Part shown: positions 1 to 11,260 of the stretch, piece after piece
Layout of the letters: each line of letters starts with the position of its first letter
Numbering within the stretch: the first letter of the stretch is position 1
Source of the DNA: an uncultured Alphaproteobacteria bacterium
Lineage (GTDB): Bacteria; Pseudomonadota; Alphaproteobacteria; Methylaequorales; Methylaequoraceae
DNA: 64,000 nt
Assembly (NCBI GenBank): GCA_902563305.1
Contig: CACEWP010000001.1
Location: 40,130-104,129 of the forward strand
Direction of reading: 5' to 3'
The notes under the pieces: model-generated
What the model saw: only the letters and a program-made list of their open reading frames with translations
What the model was told of the DNA's origin: nothing
The model's database searches: none
Program-made: the position numbers and the translations under genes

Positions 1-687
1 TGAAACAACCTCACCTTTTACCGAACGGATCATATCTGTTACTTCCTCAGGTCTTTCATCAATTAGGAGAACAATTAGATAAACTTCTGGATGATTTGTT
101 GTAATTGAATGAGCAATATTTTGTAGCATAACTGTCTTACCTGTTCTTGGTGGGGCAACAATTAGCGCTCTTTGTCCTTTTCCAAGTGGAGTTATTAAAT
201 CCATTACTCTGTTGGTTGTATCTTTAACCGTTGGATCATCAATTTCCATGTTAAGTTGGTCTTCTGGATATAGTGGTGTAAGGTTGTCAAAATTTATTCT
301 TTGTTTTGTTTTTTGAACTTCCTCAAAATTTATTTTATCAATTTTTGTTATTGCAAAATATCTTTCCGTGTCTCTTGGGGCTCTCATTTCTCCCTCTACT
401 GTGTCACCTGTTCTCAAACTGTTTTGTTTAATTTGAGAAGGAGACAGATAAATATCATCTGGTCCTGGAAGATAATTAGCATCAGGAGAGCGAAGGAAAC
501 CGAACCCGTCTTGAAGAATCTCTAAAACACCTTCGCCATAAATAGCATCATTGTTTTGAGCCATCTGCTTCAAAATCGAAAAGATCATATCTTGCTTTCT
601 TAAGGTCCCTGCATTTTCAATCTTCAGATCTTCTGCTATTTTGAGCAAGTCAGATGGATTTTTGGATTTTAGATCTTTTAAATGCAT
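1..687 (-). CDS. rho: Transcription termination factor Rho (5' part; runs off window edge)
   Basis: Not in the ORF track. Reading minus strand from ATG 687 gives [36 protein letters not shown]...GFGFLRS...[17 protein letters not shown]...[10 protein letters not shown], which are Rho motifs. Lies downstream of hemJ as usual in Alphaproteobacteria. Confidence 0.97.
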   Translation of the reverse strand, partial: MHLKDLKSKNPSDLLKIAEDLKIENAGTLRKQDMIFSILKQMAQNNDAIYGEGVLEILQDGFGFLRSPDANYLPGPDDIYLSPSQIKQNSLRTGDTVEGEMRAPRDTERYFAITKIDKINFEEVQKTKQRINFDNLTPLYPEDQLNMEIDDPTVKDTTNRVMDLITPLGKGQRALIVAPPRTGKTVMLQNIAHSITTNHPEVYLIVLLIDERPEEVTDMIRSVKGEVVS

Positions 688-742
688 TTTTTTTGGGAAA
701 AAAGGGAATTATCGTTATAGATTATTAGAATATATTTGTCAA

Positions 743-1177
743 TTAATTAGGTTTAAAAACTACCAAGAAAACTATGATAATAAATAATGTAGTTGGGATT
801 TCGTTTATCCATCTGTAAAAACTCTCGTCTTTGTTATTCTTTCCTTTTTCGAAACTTTTTCTTATCCTCGCGCAATACATATGAAAAACCGACAGTAAAA
901 AAACTAAAACAAACTTTAGATTCAGCCATAATTGATCGTAAACACTTATTTGATAGGTTAATAACGTTCCAAAAACCCAAGTTAAAATCATTGATGGGTT
1001 CATGATATACTTCATAAGTTTTCGTTCCATAGTTATGAAAGTTTGATAGCTTTTATCTTTCTTGGAAATCTTTGTATGATATACGTATAATCGAGGAAGG
1101 TAAAACAAGCCTGCCATCCAAGTAGTAAAAAAGATAATATGCAAAAATTTTAGAATATTATAATAATTAGTTTCCAT
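743..1177 (-). CDS. hemJ: Protoporphyrinogen oxidase HemJ
   Basis: LHIIFFTTWMAGLFYLPRLYVYH, MERKL and INEIPT motifs; in the hemE-hemH-hemJ-rho cluster. Confidence 0.95.
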   Translation of the reverse strand: METNYYNILKFLHIIFFTTWMAGLFYLPRLYVYHTKISKKDKSYQTFITMERKLMKYIMNPSMILTWVFGTLLTYQISVYDQLWLNLKFVLVFLLSVFHMYCARIRKSFEKGKNNKDESFYRWINEIPTTLFIIIVFLVVFKPN

Positions 1178-1180
1178 TTA

Positions 1181-2191
1181 TTAATTGTTCCTCAAATATC
1201 TTCTTATTAGCACTTCGAATAGATCAATGTGGGCATCATCATAGTTAAGGCATGGAACTGTCTGGAATTTTTTTCCCCCATTTTCCAAAAAAGTTTCCTT
1301 TCCTTCTATTGATATTTCCTCTAACGTTTCAACACAATCTGATGCAAAACCTGGACAAATGACTAATATTTTTTTTCTCCCCTCCGACGGTAACTTTTCA
1401 AAGGTTTTATCCGTGTAGGGTTGGAGCCATTCATCTGGTCCGAAACGTGATTGAAATGTTGTTATTATGGGAATCTTAGAATTTAGTTTTTCTCTTAGTA
1501 ATCGTGTTGTTTTTTGACAATAACAATGATACGGGTCTCCTTTTGTAAAATACTTTTTTGGTATCCCATGATAAGATGCAACTATAACATCTGGTTTCCA
1601 TTTTAATTTCTTCATTGTTGTTGTAATGCTATTCTTTAGTGCCTTAATATAAAGGGGTTCTGATTCATAATGAGGTATTATTTGAAGACTTGGTTGCCAT
1701 CTCATTCCCATAAGTGATCTATAAACCTCATCACAGACCGTTGCCGTGGTAGCTGCAGCATATTGAGGGTATAACGGTAGTATTATAATGTCTTCACAAC
1801 CTTTTTCCTTAAGCTCTTTAAGTTTATGTCTGATACTTGGATTGCCGTATCTCATTGCATAATCGATTTCAACTCTTTTGTTTTGTATTCTTTTTTTCGT
1901 TTTTTCAGTTTGTCGTTTCGTATAATATCTCAATGGCGACATATTTTCATTTTTCATCCAAATTTTTTTATATGCTTTTGCAGTTTTTGACGGTCTGAAG
2001 GTCAAAATAAAAATGTTGAGAATTATCTGCCACAGAATCGGATTAACTTCTATTACTCTTTTGTCTGATAAAAATTCTTTAAGGTATTTTCTTATGTCCC
2101 ACCAATCTGTAGAATCGGGAGTTCCGAGATTTACTAAAAGTACACCTTTCTTTCTTTCGGGTATTTTTGGGTGGTCATTTGGTAGAGTCAT
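1181..2191 (-). CDS. hemH: Ferrochelatase
   Basis: LLVNLGTP, LPLYPQY, SYHGIP, FQSRFG and DCVETLEE motifs. Confidence 0.97.
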   Translation of the reverse strand: MTLPNDHPKIPERKKGVLLVNLGTPDSTDWWDIRKYLKEFLSDKRVIEVNPILWQIILNIFILTFRPSKTAKAYKKIWMKNENMSPLRYYTKRQTEKTKKRIQNKRVEIDYAMRYGNPSIRHKLKELKEKGCEDIIILPLYPQYAAATTATVCDEVYRSLMGMRWQPSLQIIPHYESEPLYIKALKNSITTTMKKLKWKPDVIVASYHGIPKKYFTKGDPYHCYCQKTTRLLREKLNSKIPIITTFQSRFGPDEWLQPYTDKTFEKLPSEGRKKILVICPGFASDCVETLEEISIEGKETFLENGGKKFQTVPCLNYDDAHIDLFEVLIRRYLRNN

Positions 2192-3179
2192 AATTTCTCA
2201 CTATTTGTATTAGTTTCTCAACGTTTATAATTTTCGTGTCTGGTAAAATACCATGAGAGAGGTTAAATATATGATTGTTTTTTTTAAATTTATCTAATAC
2301 TTCTAAAACCTTCTCCTCCAGTTTCCGTCCCCCCTCTAATAATACAATAGGATCAAGATTTCCTTGAATAGCTATTTCTTTTTTTTTAACTTGTCCTATT
2401 ATTTCTTCAGGAAAATTTAAATCCAGTGATATTACATCGCAAAAGACATTTTCAATGAAGAGGCTGTATTTATCTTTTGACCCTCTTGGAAAATGAATTA
2501 TTTTAATTTTATCAGAATATTTTTTTAATTCCAAGCTTATCTCTTGATTTGGCTTTATTATAAAATTTTCGTACTCTTCTTTTTCTAGAAGCCCAGCCCA
2601 AGACTCAAATATTTGTAAATAATCTGCCCCACTGTCAACCTGTCGTTTTAAATACTCTATTGAAATTTCGGTTAGTATCTTAATTAACTCGAATGCTTTT
2701 TTCTTTTCCTGTGATACAAAGTTTTTGATCTTCCTATGATCAATTGAAGTTCCTCCTTCGATCATATAATTTAAGACTGTAAATGGACCTCCGCAAAATC
2801 CTATTAATTTTTTATCTTTTTTCTTCGAATTCAAGATACTTAATGTTTCAAAGATATTTGATATTTTATTAATATTTGCTTGTAAATTCTTATACTTCAA
2901 TTCTTTTATAGATGAAATAGGTGATAAAATAGGACCATGGTTTTTCTTAAAAGATACATTTTGGCCAAGAGCAAAGGGTATTACAAGAATATCAGAGAAA
3001 AGTATAATGAAATCCAGATCAAATCTCTCGATAGGTTGAAGGGAAATTTTAGCGGACAAATCTGGATTAAGGCATAGATTTAAAAAGGTTTTGTTCTGTG
3101 CCCTAATTCTTCTGTACTCTGGTAAATAACGTCCTGCCTGCCTCATAAACCAAATAGGTGTTTTATTAACATTTTCCAT
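2175..3179 (-). CDS. hemE: Uroporphyrinogen decarboxylase
   Basis: PIWFMRQAGRYLPEY, ILFSDIL, QGNLDP and FNLSHGI motifs. Confidence 0.97.
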   Translation of the reverse strand: MENVNKTPIWFMRQAGRYLPEYRRIRAQNKTFLNLCLNPDLSAKISLQPIERFDLDFIILFSDILVIPFALGQNVSFKKNHGPILSPISSIKELKYKNLQANINKISNIFETLSILNSKKKDKKLIGFCGGPFTVLNYMIEGGTSIDHRKIKNFVSQEKKKAFELIKILTEISIEYLKRQVDSGADYLQIFESWAGLLEKEEYENFIIKPNQEISLELKKYSDKIKIIHFPRGSKDKYSLFIENVFCDVISLDLNFPEEIIGQVKKKEIAIQGNLDPIVLLEGGRKLEEKVLEVLDKFKKNNHIFNLSHGILPDTKIINVEKLIQIVRNYDSTK

Positions 3180-3443
3180 ACTACTATATAATTTATTTAA
3201 AATAAGGTTGTTGTAGTTGTTGTATATATAATATTGGTGATAAACTTTATTAACAGATTACTAACAGGAAATGAAGTAATAAGTTTGTTAATAAGATGTG
3301 AATAAGTAAAAAACTCTTATAATATAAAATAAAAAAATGTGAAAAAGAAAAAACAGAATAACGTGAATATTAATGTTAGAAAAAAATAAACATCATTAAG
3401 CTGTGAAAAAAGTGTGCACAAATCATAATTTAAAAGCGTATTT
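3180..3443. other. Probable chromosomal replication origin (oriC)
   Basis: Largest intergenic gap in the window, between divergent hemE and maf, the known alphaproteobacterial oriC position. DnaA-box matches: TGTGAATAA 3297-3305, TGTGAAAAA 3338-3346 and 3402-3410. Near-matches: TTATTAACA 3247-3255, TTACTAACA 3258-3266, TGTTAATAA 3286-3294. AT-rich tract with trinucleotide repeats at 3181-3235. Confidence 0.7.
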
Positions 3444-4046
3444 ATGAAAAGTACGCACTTACTCACAAAACCGTATAAAGTTATACTTGCTTCCTCTAGT
3501 AAAACGAGAAGAATGTATATCAAGAAATTTATTAAAGAAGTCAAAATGATTGATCATTTAGTAAATGAAGAAAAAATTAAGAAAGAAATAAAGGACCCCA
3601 ATAAATTAGCATTGGTTCTTGCTCAACAAAAGGCAGAATCAGTAATGCACATGTTTCCTCAAGATATGATAATTGGTTCAGACCAAGTTTTAGTATGTGA
3701 TCACATGATTATGAGCAAGCCAACGAATCAAAATGATGCCATAAAAAATCTGTTATTTTTAAGAAATAAAAAACACACGTTAATAAGCTCTATATTTGTT
3801 TTTAAAAGTTCGAAACTATTTTTTAAACAAGTAAAAAAAGCACAAATTTTTTTCAAAAAAATAAGTAAAGAAGAAATAGAAAATTATGTAAATCAAAATG
3901 AAAATACAGTTTTTTCAACAGCAGGATCATATAAAATTGAAGAAAATAATAAACATAAATTTTTAGACATAATAACAGGAGACACTGATGTAATTATTGG
4001 TTTTCCCATGAAAGACTTTATAAGGAAGCTTAATGAAGACAGGTAA
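3444..4046 (+). CDS. maf: Maf family nucleotide pyrophosphatase
   Basis: ILASSS, IGSDQ and SKP motifs; maf-aroE-coaE synteny. Confidence 0.9.
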   Translation: MKSTHLLTKPYKVILASSSKTRRMYIKKFIKEVKMIDHLVNEEKIKKEIKDPNKLALVLAQQKAESVMHMFPQDMIIGSDQVLVCDHMIMSKPTNQNDAIKNLLFLRNKKHTLISSIFVFKSSKLFFKQVKKAQIFFKKISKEEIENYVNQNENTVFSTAGSYKIEENNKHKFLDIITGDTDVIIGFPMKDFIRKLNEDR

Positions 4047-4875
4047 ATATTTTGTAATCGGAAACCCGATAGAGCATTCTAAGTCTCCATTAATTCACAA
4101 CTATTGGCTCAAAAAATATTCAATTAACGCAACATACGAAAAATTAAAAGTTGAAGAGTCAGAAATAACAAATTTGATACAAAAATTAAGGAGAGGAGAA
4201 GTTCATGGATTCAACGTAACAATTCCTTATAAAAAAAAAATGTTAAAGTTCGTTGACGAATTAGATCAATCTGCTCTTAAAAGTAACGCTGTTAATACGG
4301 TTTATAAATCAGGGGAAAAAATAGTTGGTTGTAATACAGATGGTGTCGGATTTGTTTCTTCACTTGTAAACGACTTAAATTATCAAATAAAACCAAATAT
4401 AAATATTTTTATCATAGGGTCTGGTGGGGCGGCTTATGGAATTATTTCAAGTTTAATAGAGCTAAATCCCAAAATGATAGAGATTACTAATCGCACAATA
4501 TCATCGGTAGAAAAACTTATTTCCCACTTTGAAAGATTTGTTCCTAAAGGCACATTAATTATGAGGGCATGGGGACGCAGCCCAGGAAAAGAAACAAACT
4601 TAGTAATAAATTCATCAGCATGTGGAATGAAAAAAGGAGATACCTTTAATCTTAGTCTTCAGTCTTTGTTAGGCGAAGCATTTGTCTGTGACATTATCTA
4701 TAATCCAAGAAAAACAATTTTGATGAAACAGGCTGAGATTGAAAAAATAAAATCTTCAAATGGCATTTATATGTTGGTTCGGCAAGCTGCAGAATCTTTT
4801 AGAAAGTGGTTTAACATTTCTTTAAATAATTCGGATGTCAATGAAGTTATAAAGTTACTTGGAACAAGATTATGA
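4033..4875 (+). CDS. aroE: Shikimate dehydrogenase
   Basis: GNPIEHSKSP, NVTIPYK, AVNT, NTDG, GSGGAA and DIIYNP motifs. Confidence 0.96.
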   Translation: MKTGKYFVIGNPIEHSKSPLIHNYWLKKYSINATYEKLKVEESEITNLIQKLRRGEVHGFNVTIPYKKKMLKFVDELDQSALKSNAVNTVYKSGEKIVGCNTDGVGFVSSLVNDLNYQIKPNINIFIIGSGGAAYGIISSLIELNPKMIEITNRTISSVEKLISHFERFVPKGTLIMRAWGRSPGKETNLVINSSACGMKKGDTFNLSLQSLLGEAFVCDIIYNPRKTILMKQAEIEKIKSSNGIYMLVRQAAESFRKWFNISLNNSDVNEVIKLLGTRL

Positions 4876-5465
4876 TAAAGATTGGGATTACCGGTAATAT
4901 TGGTTCTGGAAAGTCAACGGTTTCAAATATTATTAAAAATTTAGGTTATAAAGTCTTTGATTCTGATCACGAGGTTTCAAAATTATTAGAAAATCAAGAA
5001 ATAATAAGATTAATTAAAGAAGAATTTAATTCGCAAATAAAAGGATTAATTAAAAGAAATAAAATAGATAGGTCTAAGCTCGGTGATTTTGTTTTCTCTA
5101 ATACAAATGGTCTAAAAAAATTAGAGAATATAATTCATCCGAAAGTTTGGAAAGAAAAAGAAAAATTTTTCACAGAAAACATTAAAGAGCAAATAGTTTT
5201 TTTAGACATTCCACTTTTGTTTGAAAACAAACTACAACGTAATTTCAATTATATAATTTACACTTTTGTGGCAAAAAGGATCCAAAAAGAAAGGGTACTA
5301 AAAAGAAAAAATATGAGTGAAAAAAGATTAAACCAAATAATCTCAAAACAAAACAAGCTATCAGATCATCAAAGGGCTAAAATTTCATTAAGGATTAATA
5401 CAAATAAAAATATAGTTCAAATTAAAAAAAAAATTGTGGATTTCTTATCAAGCATCTCTTCTTAA
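4872..5465 (+). CDS. coaE: Dephospho-CoA kinase
   Basis: ITGNIGSGKST P-loop, IIHP and DIPLLFE motifs. Confidence 0.95.
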   Translation: MIKIGITGNIGSGKSTVSNIIKNLGYKVFDSDHEVSKLLENQEIIRLIKEEFNSQIKGLIKRNKIDRSKLGDFVFSNTNGLKKLENIIHPKVWKEKEKFFTENIKEQIVFLDIPLLFENKLQRNFNYIIYTFVAKRIQKERVLKRKNMSEKRLNQIISKQNKLSDHQRAKISLRINTNKNIVQIKKKIVDFLSSISS

Positions 5466-6464
5466 AAAACAAAGTAATGTGTATAATAATGAAAAGGGAG
5501 AAGACCAAGTTCCATCTATTAGAGACTTTTTGCATTGATATAGTTTTCTTATCATTTGGTTAATTTCATCTAAAGTTAATTCTAGAACCTGTTTTTCAAA
5601 AAAAACTACGTCTTTAAAAAAAACTGGAGGCTTTAATTGTTTCAAAGCCTGCTTAATATCGAGCCCATCATTTAATTTATTTTTAATTACAAGCAGTCTA
5701 AAAAAATGCTCAAGAAGGTAGCTGACGAGCTTAATATTATCAGAACCAAAATTTGTGAAAGAATTATAGTTTTTTATAAAACCTTTGGTCTGTTTAGATG
5801 ACAATGAGAAAATAAATTTTGATTGATCACTATAACTTGACTCAGAAATATGAGAGAGAAAAAAATCAAAAGAATGTTGTTTACCAAAGTTCTTGAATAA
5901 TATAATTATTTTTTCCAATTCGCTTTTGATCTCCAATCTTTCATTTGGCAAACTATTACTTAAAATGTTTAATTCTGAGGTGTTAAACTCGATACCTTCC
6001 TTCTTAAGATAATTTTGAATATAAAGTAATTTTTCCTTGCTATTTTCTTCATAACAAGGAACACAAATAGCATTTTCATTTTTTTCAAAGAAGGATCTTA
6101 TTAAAGATTTGGGAGGCAATTGATCTGACTTTGCAACAACAACAAGATTATCTCCTTCAAGGTCAGACAATAAAGAAACAAACTCTTTTCCAATTTTATC
6201 ACTATTAATATATATTTTTAATAAAACTTTATTTCCAAAAAGATTCAGTGAACAATTTTCATTAAATACTCTAGACAGTTCACCTTTCTTTAATTCCTCA
6301 GAATGTAGATTAACTAACTCTATATTATTCTTTTCCCTTTTAAGGTTGATAATGAAGTTTGTACAATCCTCCACCTTTCCTTGGTTTGACCCGTGAAATA
6401 AGAAAAGTACGTTGTCTTTAAAGTAATCTGATTTATGTTCAAAGTTTTCAAATTTAATAATCAA
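5448..6464 (-). CDS. holA: DNA polymerase III delta subunit
   Basis: Follows leuS-lptE; SLNLFG, VPCYE, ELEKI and LKPPVFFK motifs; TTG start. Confidence 0.85.
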   Translation of the reverse strand: MIIKFENFEHKSDYFKDNVLFLFHGSNQGKVEDCTNFIINLKREKNNIELVNLHSEELKKGELSRVFNENCSLNLFGNKVLLKIYINSDKIGKEFVSLLSDLEGDNLVVVAKSDQLPPKSLIRSFFEKNENAICVPCYEENSKEKLLYIQNYLKKEGIEFNTSELNILSNSLPNERLEIKSELEKIIILFKNFGKQHSFDFFLSHISESSYSDQSKFIFSLSSKQTKGFIKNYNSFTNFGSDNIKLVSYLLEHFFRLLVIKNKLNDGLDIKQALKQLKPPVFFKDVVFFEKQVLELTLDEINQMIRKLYQCKKSLIDGTWSSPFSLLYTLLCFLRRDA

Positions 6465-6958
6465 GGGCTTACCTTGCGACTAAATTTTTGACCAACCACC
6501 AGATCGGCAAGATCACTTGAAAGAGATTTTACTAATTTTTCTGATGTATCTTCCATTGCCAACATATTGGCGTAATTATTAGTTGTATAATTAAAACTTG
6601 CTGTACTTCTTAGCTTTCCAGAGACTAGTTTCCCCCTTTTGTCAGAAAACAAATAATTAACATCTATAATAATCATTCTAGCATCTGAGCTTAAATCTTT
6701 ATTAATACCCATACCAACAACACTTCTTTTTAAAGAGACAATAAGCCTGAGATTGGATGATTTGGAGTTATTTTTATTTATTCTTTGATTTAGAAGTAAT
6801 TTCATAAGTGAAGCATTGTTTTCATATCTATCTTTTGATTTTATAACAATCTTTATTTTATGTGGGTGGTATAGATTAGATTTTTTGTAAAGCGGCTTGA
6901 AGGCGCACGAGATTAGAAGAAAAAAAACTAAGTTATAAATTATGACTCTTTTTTTCAT
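6461..6958 (-). CDS. lptE: LPS assembly lipoprotein LptE-like
   Basis: Lipobox LISC followed by AFKPLY; between leuS and holA. Confidence 0.75.
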   Translation of the reverse strand: MKKRVIIYNLVFFLLISCAFKPLYKKSNLYHPHKIKIVIKSKDRYENNASLMKLLLNQRINKNNSKSSNLRLIVSLKRSVVGMGINKDLSSDARMIIIDVNYLFSDKRGKLVSGKLRSTASFNYTTNNYANMLAMEDTSEKLVKSLSSDLADLVVGQKFSRKVSP

Positions 6959-9477
6959 ATTACAAAATTAATTATTTTATTTGGTATGAATATTACTTTT
7001 TTAACTTTTGTTTCATCTATATCATAGTCAGACTCTTTACCAAGAATAGTTTTCATCAGGGTTTCTTTCTTTAGGTCTTTCTTAACGTCCACGACGCCTT
7101 TTTTCTTTCCATTTATCTGTACCACAATATTTATTTTTTTATTTTCCACATGTGTTTTGTCAGAAACAGGCCAATCTAAATCCTCAACTAATCCCTCGAG
7201 GCCAGAATTTGTCGCTAAATCTTGAGCAAAATGAGGTATTATAATATAAATGAGACGAAGAAAAATAGACCAACAGAAATCAAACATATCTTTTTCAATT
7301 TTTGTCTTTATGAGAAGGTTAGATAACTCTCTTAATTTTGCTACAGCAGTATTGAAACGATAATTTTTAATATCTTCAGAATATTCTTCGATTACTTTAT
7401 TAGTGAAAGTATAAACCATCTTGTCTTGTTCAGACAACTTTCTTTTTTCGTAATTAATTGTAAACTCTAAATTATTAGAAAGCAGTGTATAGATTTTATC
7501 TAAATATTTCCTTGTTGCTTTTATACCATCTATTGACCACTCAAGGTCTCTTTCTGGTGGAGAGTCCGAAATCATAAAAAGACGCGCTGTGTCAGCACCA
7601 TATTCAGAAATTATTCTATCTGGATCCACTATATTTTTTTTGGATTTACTCATCTTTTCAGATCTCCCGCGTGTTAATTCTATTTTAGTATCGCCAGATT
7701 TTATCCAAAACTGATTGTTTTTAGAGAACACCTTTTCGGGTTCAATCCACTTGTTATCTTTAGTTTTAAATGTTTCATGACAAACCATCCCTTGGGTAAT
7801 TAATTTAGAAAAGGGTTCTTTAGGTATATCATAGCCGCATAATTTCAGCGCCCTTACAAAGAACCTTGAATAGAGTAAGTGAAGGATCGCATGTTCAACT
7901 CCACCTATATAATGATCAACTGGCATCCAATATAAAACCTCCCCTAGGTTAAAAGGTTCATCTGTAAGATTGGGTGAGCAGAACCTTAAGAAATACCAAG
8001 ATGAGTCAAAGAAAGTATCAAGAGTGTCTGTCTCTCTAATTGCTTTCAAACCAGTTTTAGGGCATTTTGTTCTTTTCCAGCTTTTGTGATTTTCTAATGG
8101 ATTACCAGGTAGATTAAGATTCGGATCCTTGGGAAGTTTCACAGGTAATTGATTTTCTTCCAAAGCTATAACTTTTCCATCTTCTCTATATATTATTGGT
8201 ATTGGACAGCCCCAATATCTTTGTCTTGAAACACCCCAATCTTTTAATCTAAATTTTGAACAAGAAACACCAACTTTTTTGTTCATAATTTCTTCTAAAA
8301 TAATTTTTTGTGCCTCGAAAACCCTTTTTCCATTGAGAAAATTGGAATTTGTTAAAATATCCTCTTCTTTCATATCACAGTAGGGAAGGTCGGACTCTTT
8401 TTTTTCGAAAATACAATTTATTTTTAGATTATATTTTTTAGCAAAATCATAATCTCTCTCATCGTGGGCGGGGCAACCGAAAATTGCACCATTTCCATAA
8501 TTAATTAAAACATAGTTACAAAAGTAAACTGGTAATTTGATATTCATAAGAAAGGGATGTTCTACAAAGAGCCCAGTTTTATAGCCAATTTTTTGTTGAC
8601 TTGACTCCCTAACTTCCTGCATTTTTAAGCATTGATTTCTGAATTCTATGAATTCTTTATTTTCTTTGAATTTTGATGAAATTGGGTGTTCAACCGATAA
8701 GGCCAAGAAGCTTGCTCCAAAAAGGGTTTCAGGTCTTGTGGTAAAAACATTGATTGATTTTTGTGAATTAACTAATTTAAACTTGATTTCAGCTCCATTG
8801 GATATTCCTATCCAGTTTTTCTGCATTAATTTAACTTTGTCAGGCCATGACTCTAATAATTCTAGATCACTTAAAAGCTCATTTGAAAACCTCGAGATTC
8901 TAAGAAACCATTGAGATAGTTTTTTTTTTTCAACAATTGCCCCCGATCGCCACCCTTTTCCGTCAATAACTTGCTCATTTGCTAGCACAGTTTTGTCAAC
9001 GGGGTCCCAATTAACAAAGCTATCTTTTTTGTAAACTAAGTCATTTTTAAAGAACTCGAGAAATAATTTTTGTTGATGCTTGTAGTAGTTTTTACTGCAC
9101 GTTGATATCTCCCTATCCCAGTCAATAGATAATCCAATTTTCATTAGTTGAGATTTCATATTTTTAATATTTTTCTCAGTCCAAGCTTCAGGACTTACAT
9201 TGTTTTCTATTGCAGCGTTTTCAGCAGGCATCCCAAAACTATCCCATCCCATGGGGTGCATAACATTATAGCCTTTTACTTTGTAAAATCTTGAAGTAAC
9301 GTCTCCAATTGTATAATTCCTCAGATGTCCCATGTGAATTTGACCTGATGGATATGGAAACATTTCTAGAACATAAAATTTTTTTTTCTCAGTGTTAGTC
9401 TCAGGTTTATATGTGTTTTTTTCAATCCAATAGCTTTGCCATCGTTGTTCAATTCTTTTATGATTGTATTTACCCAT
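6955..9477 (-). CDS. leuS: Leucine--tRNA ligase
   Basis: MFPYPSG, HMGH (HIGH), KMSKS and SRQRYWG motifs. Confidence 0.98.
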   Translation of the reverse strand: MGKYNHKRIEQRWQSYWIEKNTYKPETNTEKKKFYVLEMFPYPSGQIHMGHLRNYTIGDVTSRFYKVKGYNVMHPMGWDSFGMPAENAAIENNVSPEAWTEKNIKNMKSQLMKIGLSIDWDREISTCSKNYYKHQQKLFLEFFKNDLVYKKDSFVNWDPVDKTVLANEQVIDGKGWRSGAIVEKKKLSQWFLRISRFSNELLSDLELLESWPDKVKLMQKNWIGISNGAEIKFKLVNSQKSINVFTTRPETLFGASFLALSVEHPISSKFKENKEFIEFRNQCLKMQEVRESSQQKIGYKTGLFVEHPFLMNIKLPVYFCNYVLINYGNGAIFGCPAHDERDYDFAKKYNLKINCIFEKKESDLPYCDMKEEDILTNSNFLNGKRVFEAQKIILEEIMNKKVGVSCSKFRLKDWGVSRQRYWGCPIPIIYREDGKVIALEENQLPVKLPKDPNLNLPGNPLENHKSWKRTKCPKTGLKAIRETDTLDTFFDSSWYFLRFCSPNLTDEPFNLGEVLYWMPVDHYIGGVEHAILHLLYSRFFVRALKLCGYDIPKEPFSKLITQGMVCHETFKTKDNKWIEPEKVFSKNNQFWIKSGDTKIELTRGRSEKMSKSKKNIVDPDRIISEYGADTARLFMISDSPPERDLEWSIDGIKATRKYLDKIYTLLSNNLEFTINYEKRKLSEQDKMVYTFTNKVIEEYSEDIKNYRFNTAVAKLRELSNLLIKTKIEKDMFDFCWSIFLRLIYIIIPHFAQDLATNSGLEGLVEDLDWPVSDKTHVENKKINIVVQINGKKKGVVDVKKDLKKETLMKTILGKESDYDIDETKVKKVIFIPNKIINFVI

Positions 9478-10060
9478 ATTTTTTTTTAAAAAAACTTATA
9501 GACCCAAAACCATAAACATATCTGTTAGGAATGGATTTGAAATTTTTATTATTAATTCCACCTAATCCAAAAATTACCTTTTCTTTAAAAAAAAAACAAA
9601 GAGAAATAAAAATATAATTTTTTAAGGGCTTCTTTCTAGGGTAAGACGGAGTTTTAAAAATTGGAGATAAAAAAACCATATCTACGCAGTCTTTTGCAAT
9701 GAAGGCTTCTTTTAAATTATGGACTTTAGAAACAATAAAATATCTTTTATTAGATTTATTCTTAAAGGAAAATGTTTTAAGTTTCTTATCTAATCTCACC
9801 ATTATACCAAAAGCTTTATATCTGTTTGCCCAGAAAATTGAATTGGGTATAATAAATTTAATTTTGCATCTTTGGCATAATACTACATATGGTTGGATTC
9901 CTATACAGAATTCATGAATGTTGAGATTATCGTTGAAAAAAATTACACCGGTTTTTTTTGGAATCTTTTTTACATCAATAAAATTGGGCTCAACTTCAGG
10001 GTTAAAAAAAAACCATTCATTGGGAATTGTAGAATTTTTTTTTTTATTTTGGTAAGACAT
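9470..10060 (-). CDS. Thiamine-phosphate-synthase-like (ThiE/TenI fold) protein, divergent
   Basis: C-terminal VH...[11 protein letters not shown]...GLGGI motif; divergent from yggS as in many Alphaproteobacteria. Confidence 0.6.
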   Translation of the reverse strand: MSYQNKKKNSTIPNEWFFFNPEVEPNFIDVKKIPKKTGVIFFNDNLNIHEFCIGIQPYVVLCQRCKIKFIIPNSIFWANRYKAFGIMVRLDKKLKTFSFKNKSNKRYFIVSKVHNLKEAFIAKDCVDMVFLSPIFKTPSYPRKKPLKNYIFISLCFFFKEKVIFGLGGINNKNFKSIPNRYVYGFGSISFFKKKYG

Positions 10061-10064
10061 ATTA

Positions 10065-10742
10065 ATGAATAAAATATTAACAAATTATAAGGGAATTTTA
10101 AAACAAATAGACGTATGTAAAAATAAATATCAGCATGATTACAAACCACCACAGCTAATAGCGGTTTCAAAGAAATTTCCAAAAGAAAAAATACAAACTT
10201 TACTGGATGCTGGACATAATGTTTTTGGTGAGAATAAAGTCCAAGAAGCAGAGTCCAAATGGATAAATATTAGAAAAGAGAACCCGAATAAAAGTATAGA
10301 GCTTCATTTAATAGGCCCACTTCAATCAAATAAAGTATTTAAGGCTTTGGATGTTTTTGATGTTATCCAGACCTTGGATAGAGAAAAGATAGCAACTAAA
10401 ATTAAAAAATATTTTGAAGAGAACCCTTTTAAAAAAAATAAAAAATTCTTCGTTCAAGTTAATATTGGAGAAGAATTGCAAAAAAGTGGGATTGAACTCA
10501 ATTTGGCAAACCAATTTGTTAGGTGGTGCTCATATGACCTACAGTTAAATATAATTGGGTTAATGTGTATACCACCTATAGATAAGCCCCCTGATTCTTT
10601 TTTTAAAAAAATCAGATGTTTATGTGATGAGTTGAAGCTTGATCACGCTAGCATGGGGATGACAAGTGATTATATTTCTGCGATTCAGCACGGATCTACC
10701 TTTATTAGAGTTGGAACCGGAATATTTGGAGAAAGAGATTAA
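10065..10742 (+). CDS. yggS: PLP homeostasis protein YggS
   Basis: AVSK, FGENKVQE, HLIGPLQSNK, SMGMTSDY and RVGTGIFG motifs. Confidence 0.95.
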   Translation: MNKILTNYKGILKQIDVCKNKYQHDYKPPQLIAVSKKFPKEKIQTLLDAGHNVFGENKVQEAESKWINIRKENPNKSIELHLIGPLQSNKVFKALDVFDVIQTLDREKIATKIKKYFEENPFKKNKKFFVQVNIGEELQKSGIELNLANQFVRWCSYDLQLNIIGLMCIPPIDKPPDSFFKKIRCLCDELKLDHASMGMTSDYISAIQHGSTFIRVGTGIFGERD

Positions 10743-11248
10743 TAAATTATTAGTTTAGACTGAGGTTTTATAACCTTAACTAATTTTACTAAATCCTTTT
10801 TTTCAAAAGCTAAACAACCTTCGGTAAACTTCTTTTTGGTTCCACAACAATGGATAAAAATAGCACTTCCTTTAAATTTTTTTGTGGGCCGTACATTATA
10901 ATTTAGGGTTATTAGAATATCGTAAAGTCCGTCATTTCTATAAAGCTCCTCACATAAAAATTTTTTTTTATTTTGATATCTATTATAAAACTTGCTTTTT
11001 GAATCAATGCACCAGAAAGAATTTTTATAAATTTTTTTAGTTGGTATATTAGCTTTTAGTCCTTCTACTTTGTCTGGTCTGTAATAAATTTCTAAAAATC
11101 GATAAGTACCCTTTGGTGTGACCATATCGCCTTCACGCATTTTTTTTTTAATGCCATTAGCTCCAACATAGCAACTTAGTTTGTTTTTTCTAAAGATTAA
11201 TTCTGCTATATTTTTTTTTTTTGTTTTAAAAACTTGAAGATTTGTCAC
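10739..11248 (-). CDS. L,D-transpeptidase (YkuD) family protein
   Basis: EGDMVTPKG and GSAIFIH...TEGC (HxxxC catalytic motif). Confidence 0.85.
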   Translation of the reverse strand: MTNLQVFKTKKKNIAELIFRKNKLSCYVGANGIKKKMREGDMVTPKGTYRFLEIYYRPDKVEGLKANIPTKKIYKNSFWCIDSKSKFYNRYQNKKKFLCEELYRNDGLYDILITLNYNVRPTKKFKGSAIFIHCCGTKKKFTEGCLAFEKKDLVKLVKVIKPQSKLIIY

Positions 11249-11260
11249 TATTAAAAGAAT

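Noticed and set aside
3317-3544. 75-aa minus-strand ORF over the oriC/maf start
   Set aside because: Phe/Leu-rich antisense translation of A-rich DNA; overlaps maf; no RBS or motif.
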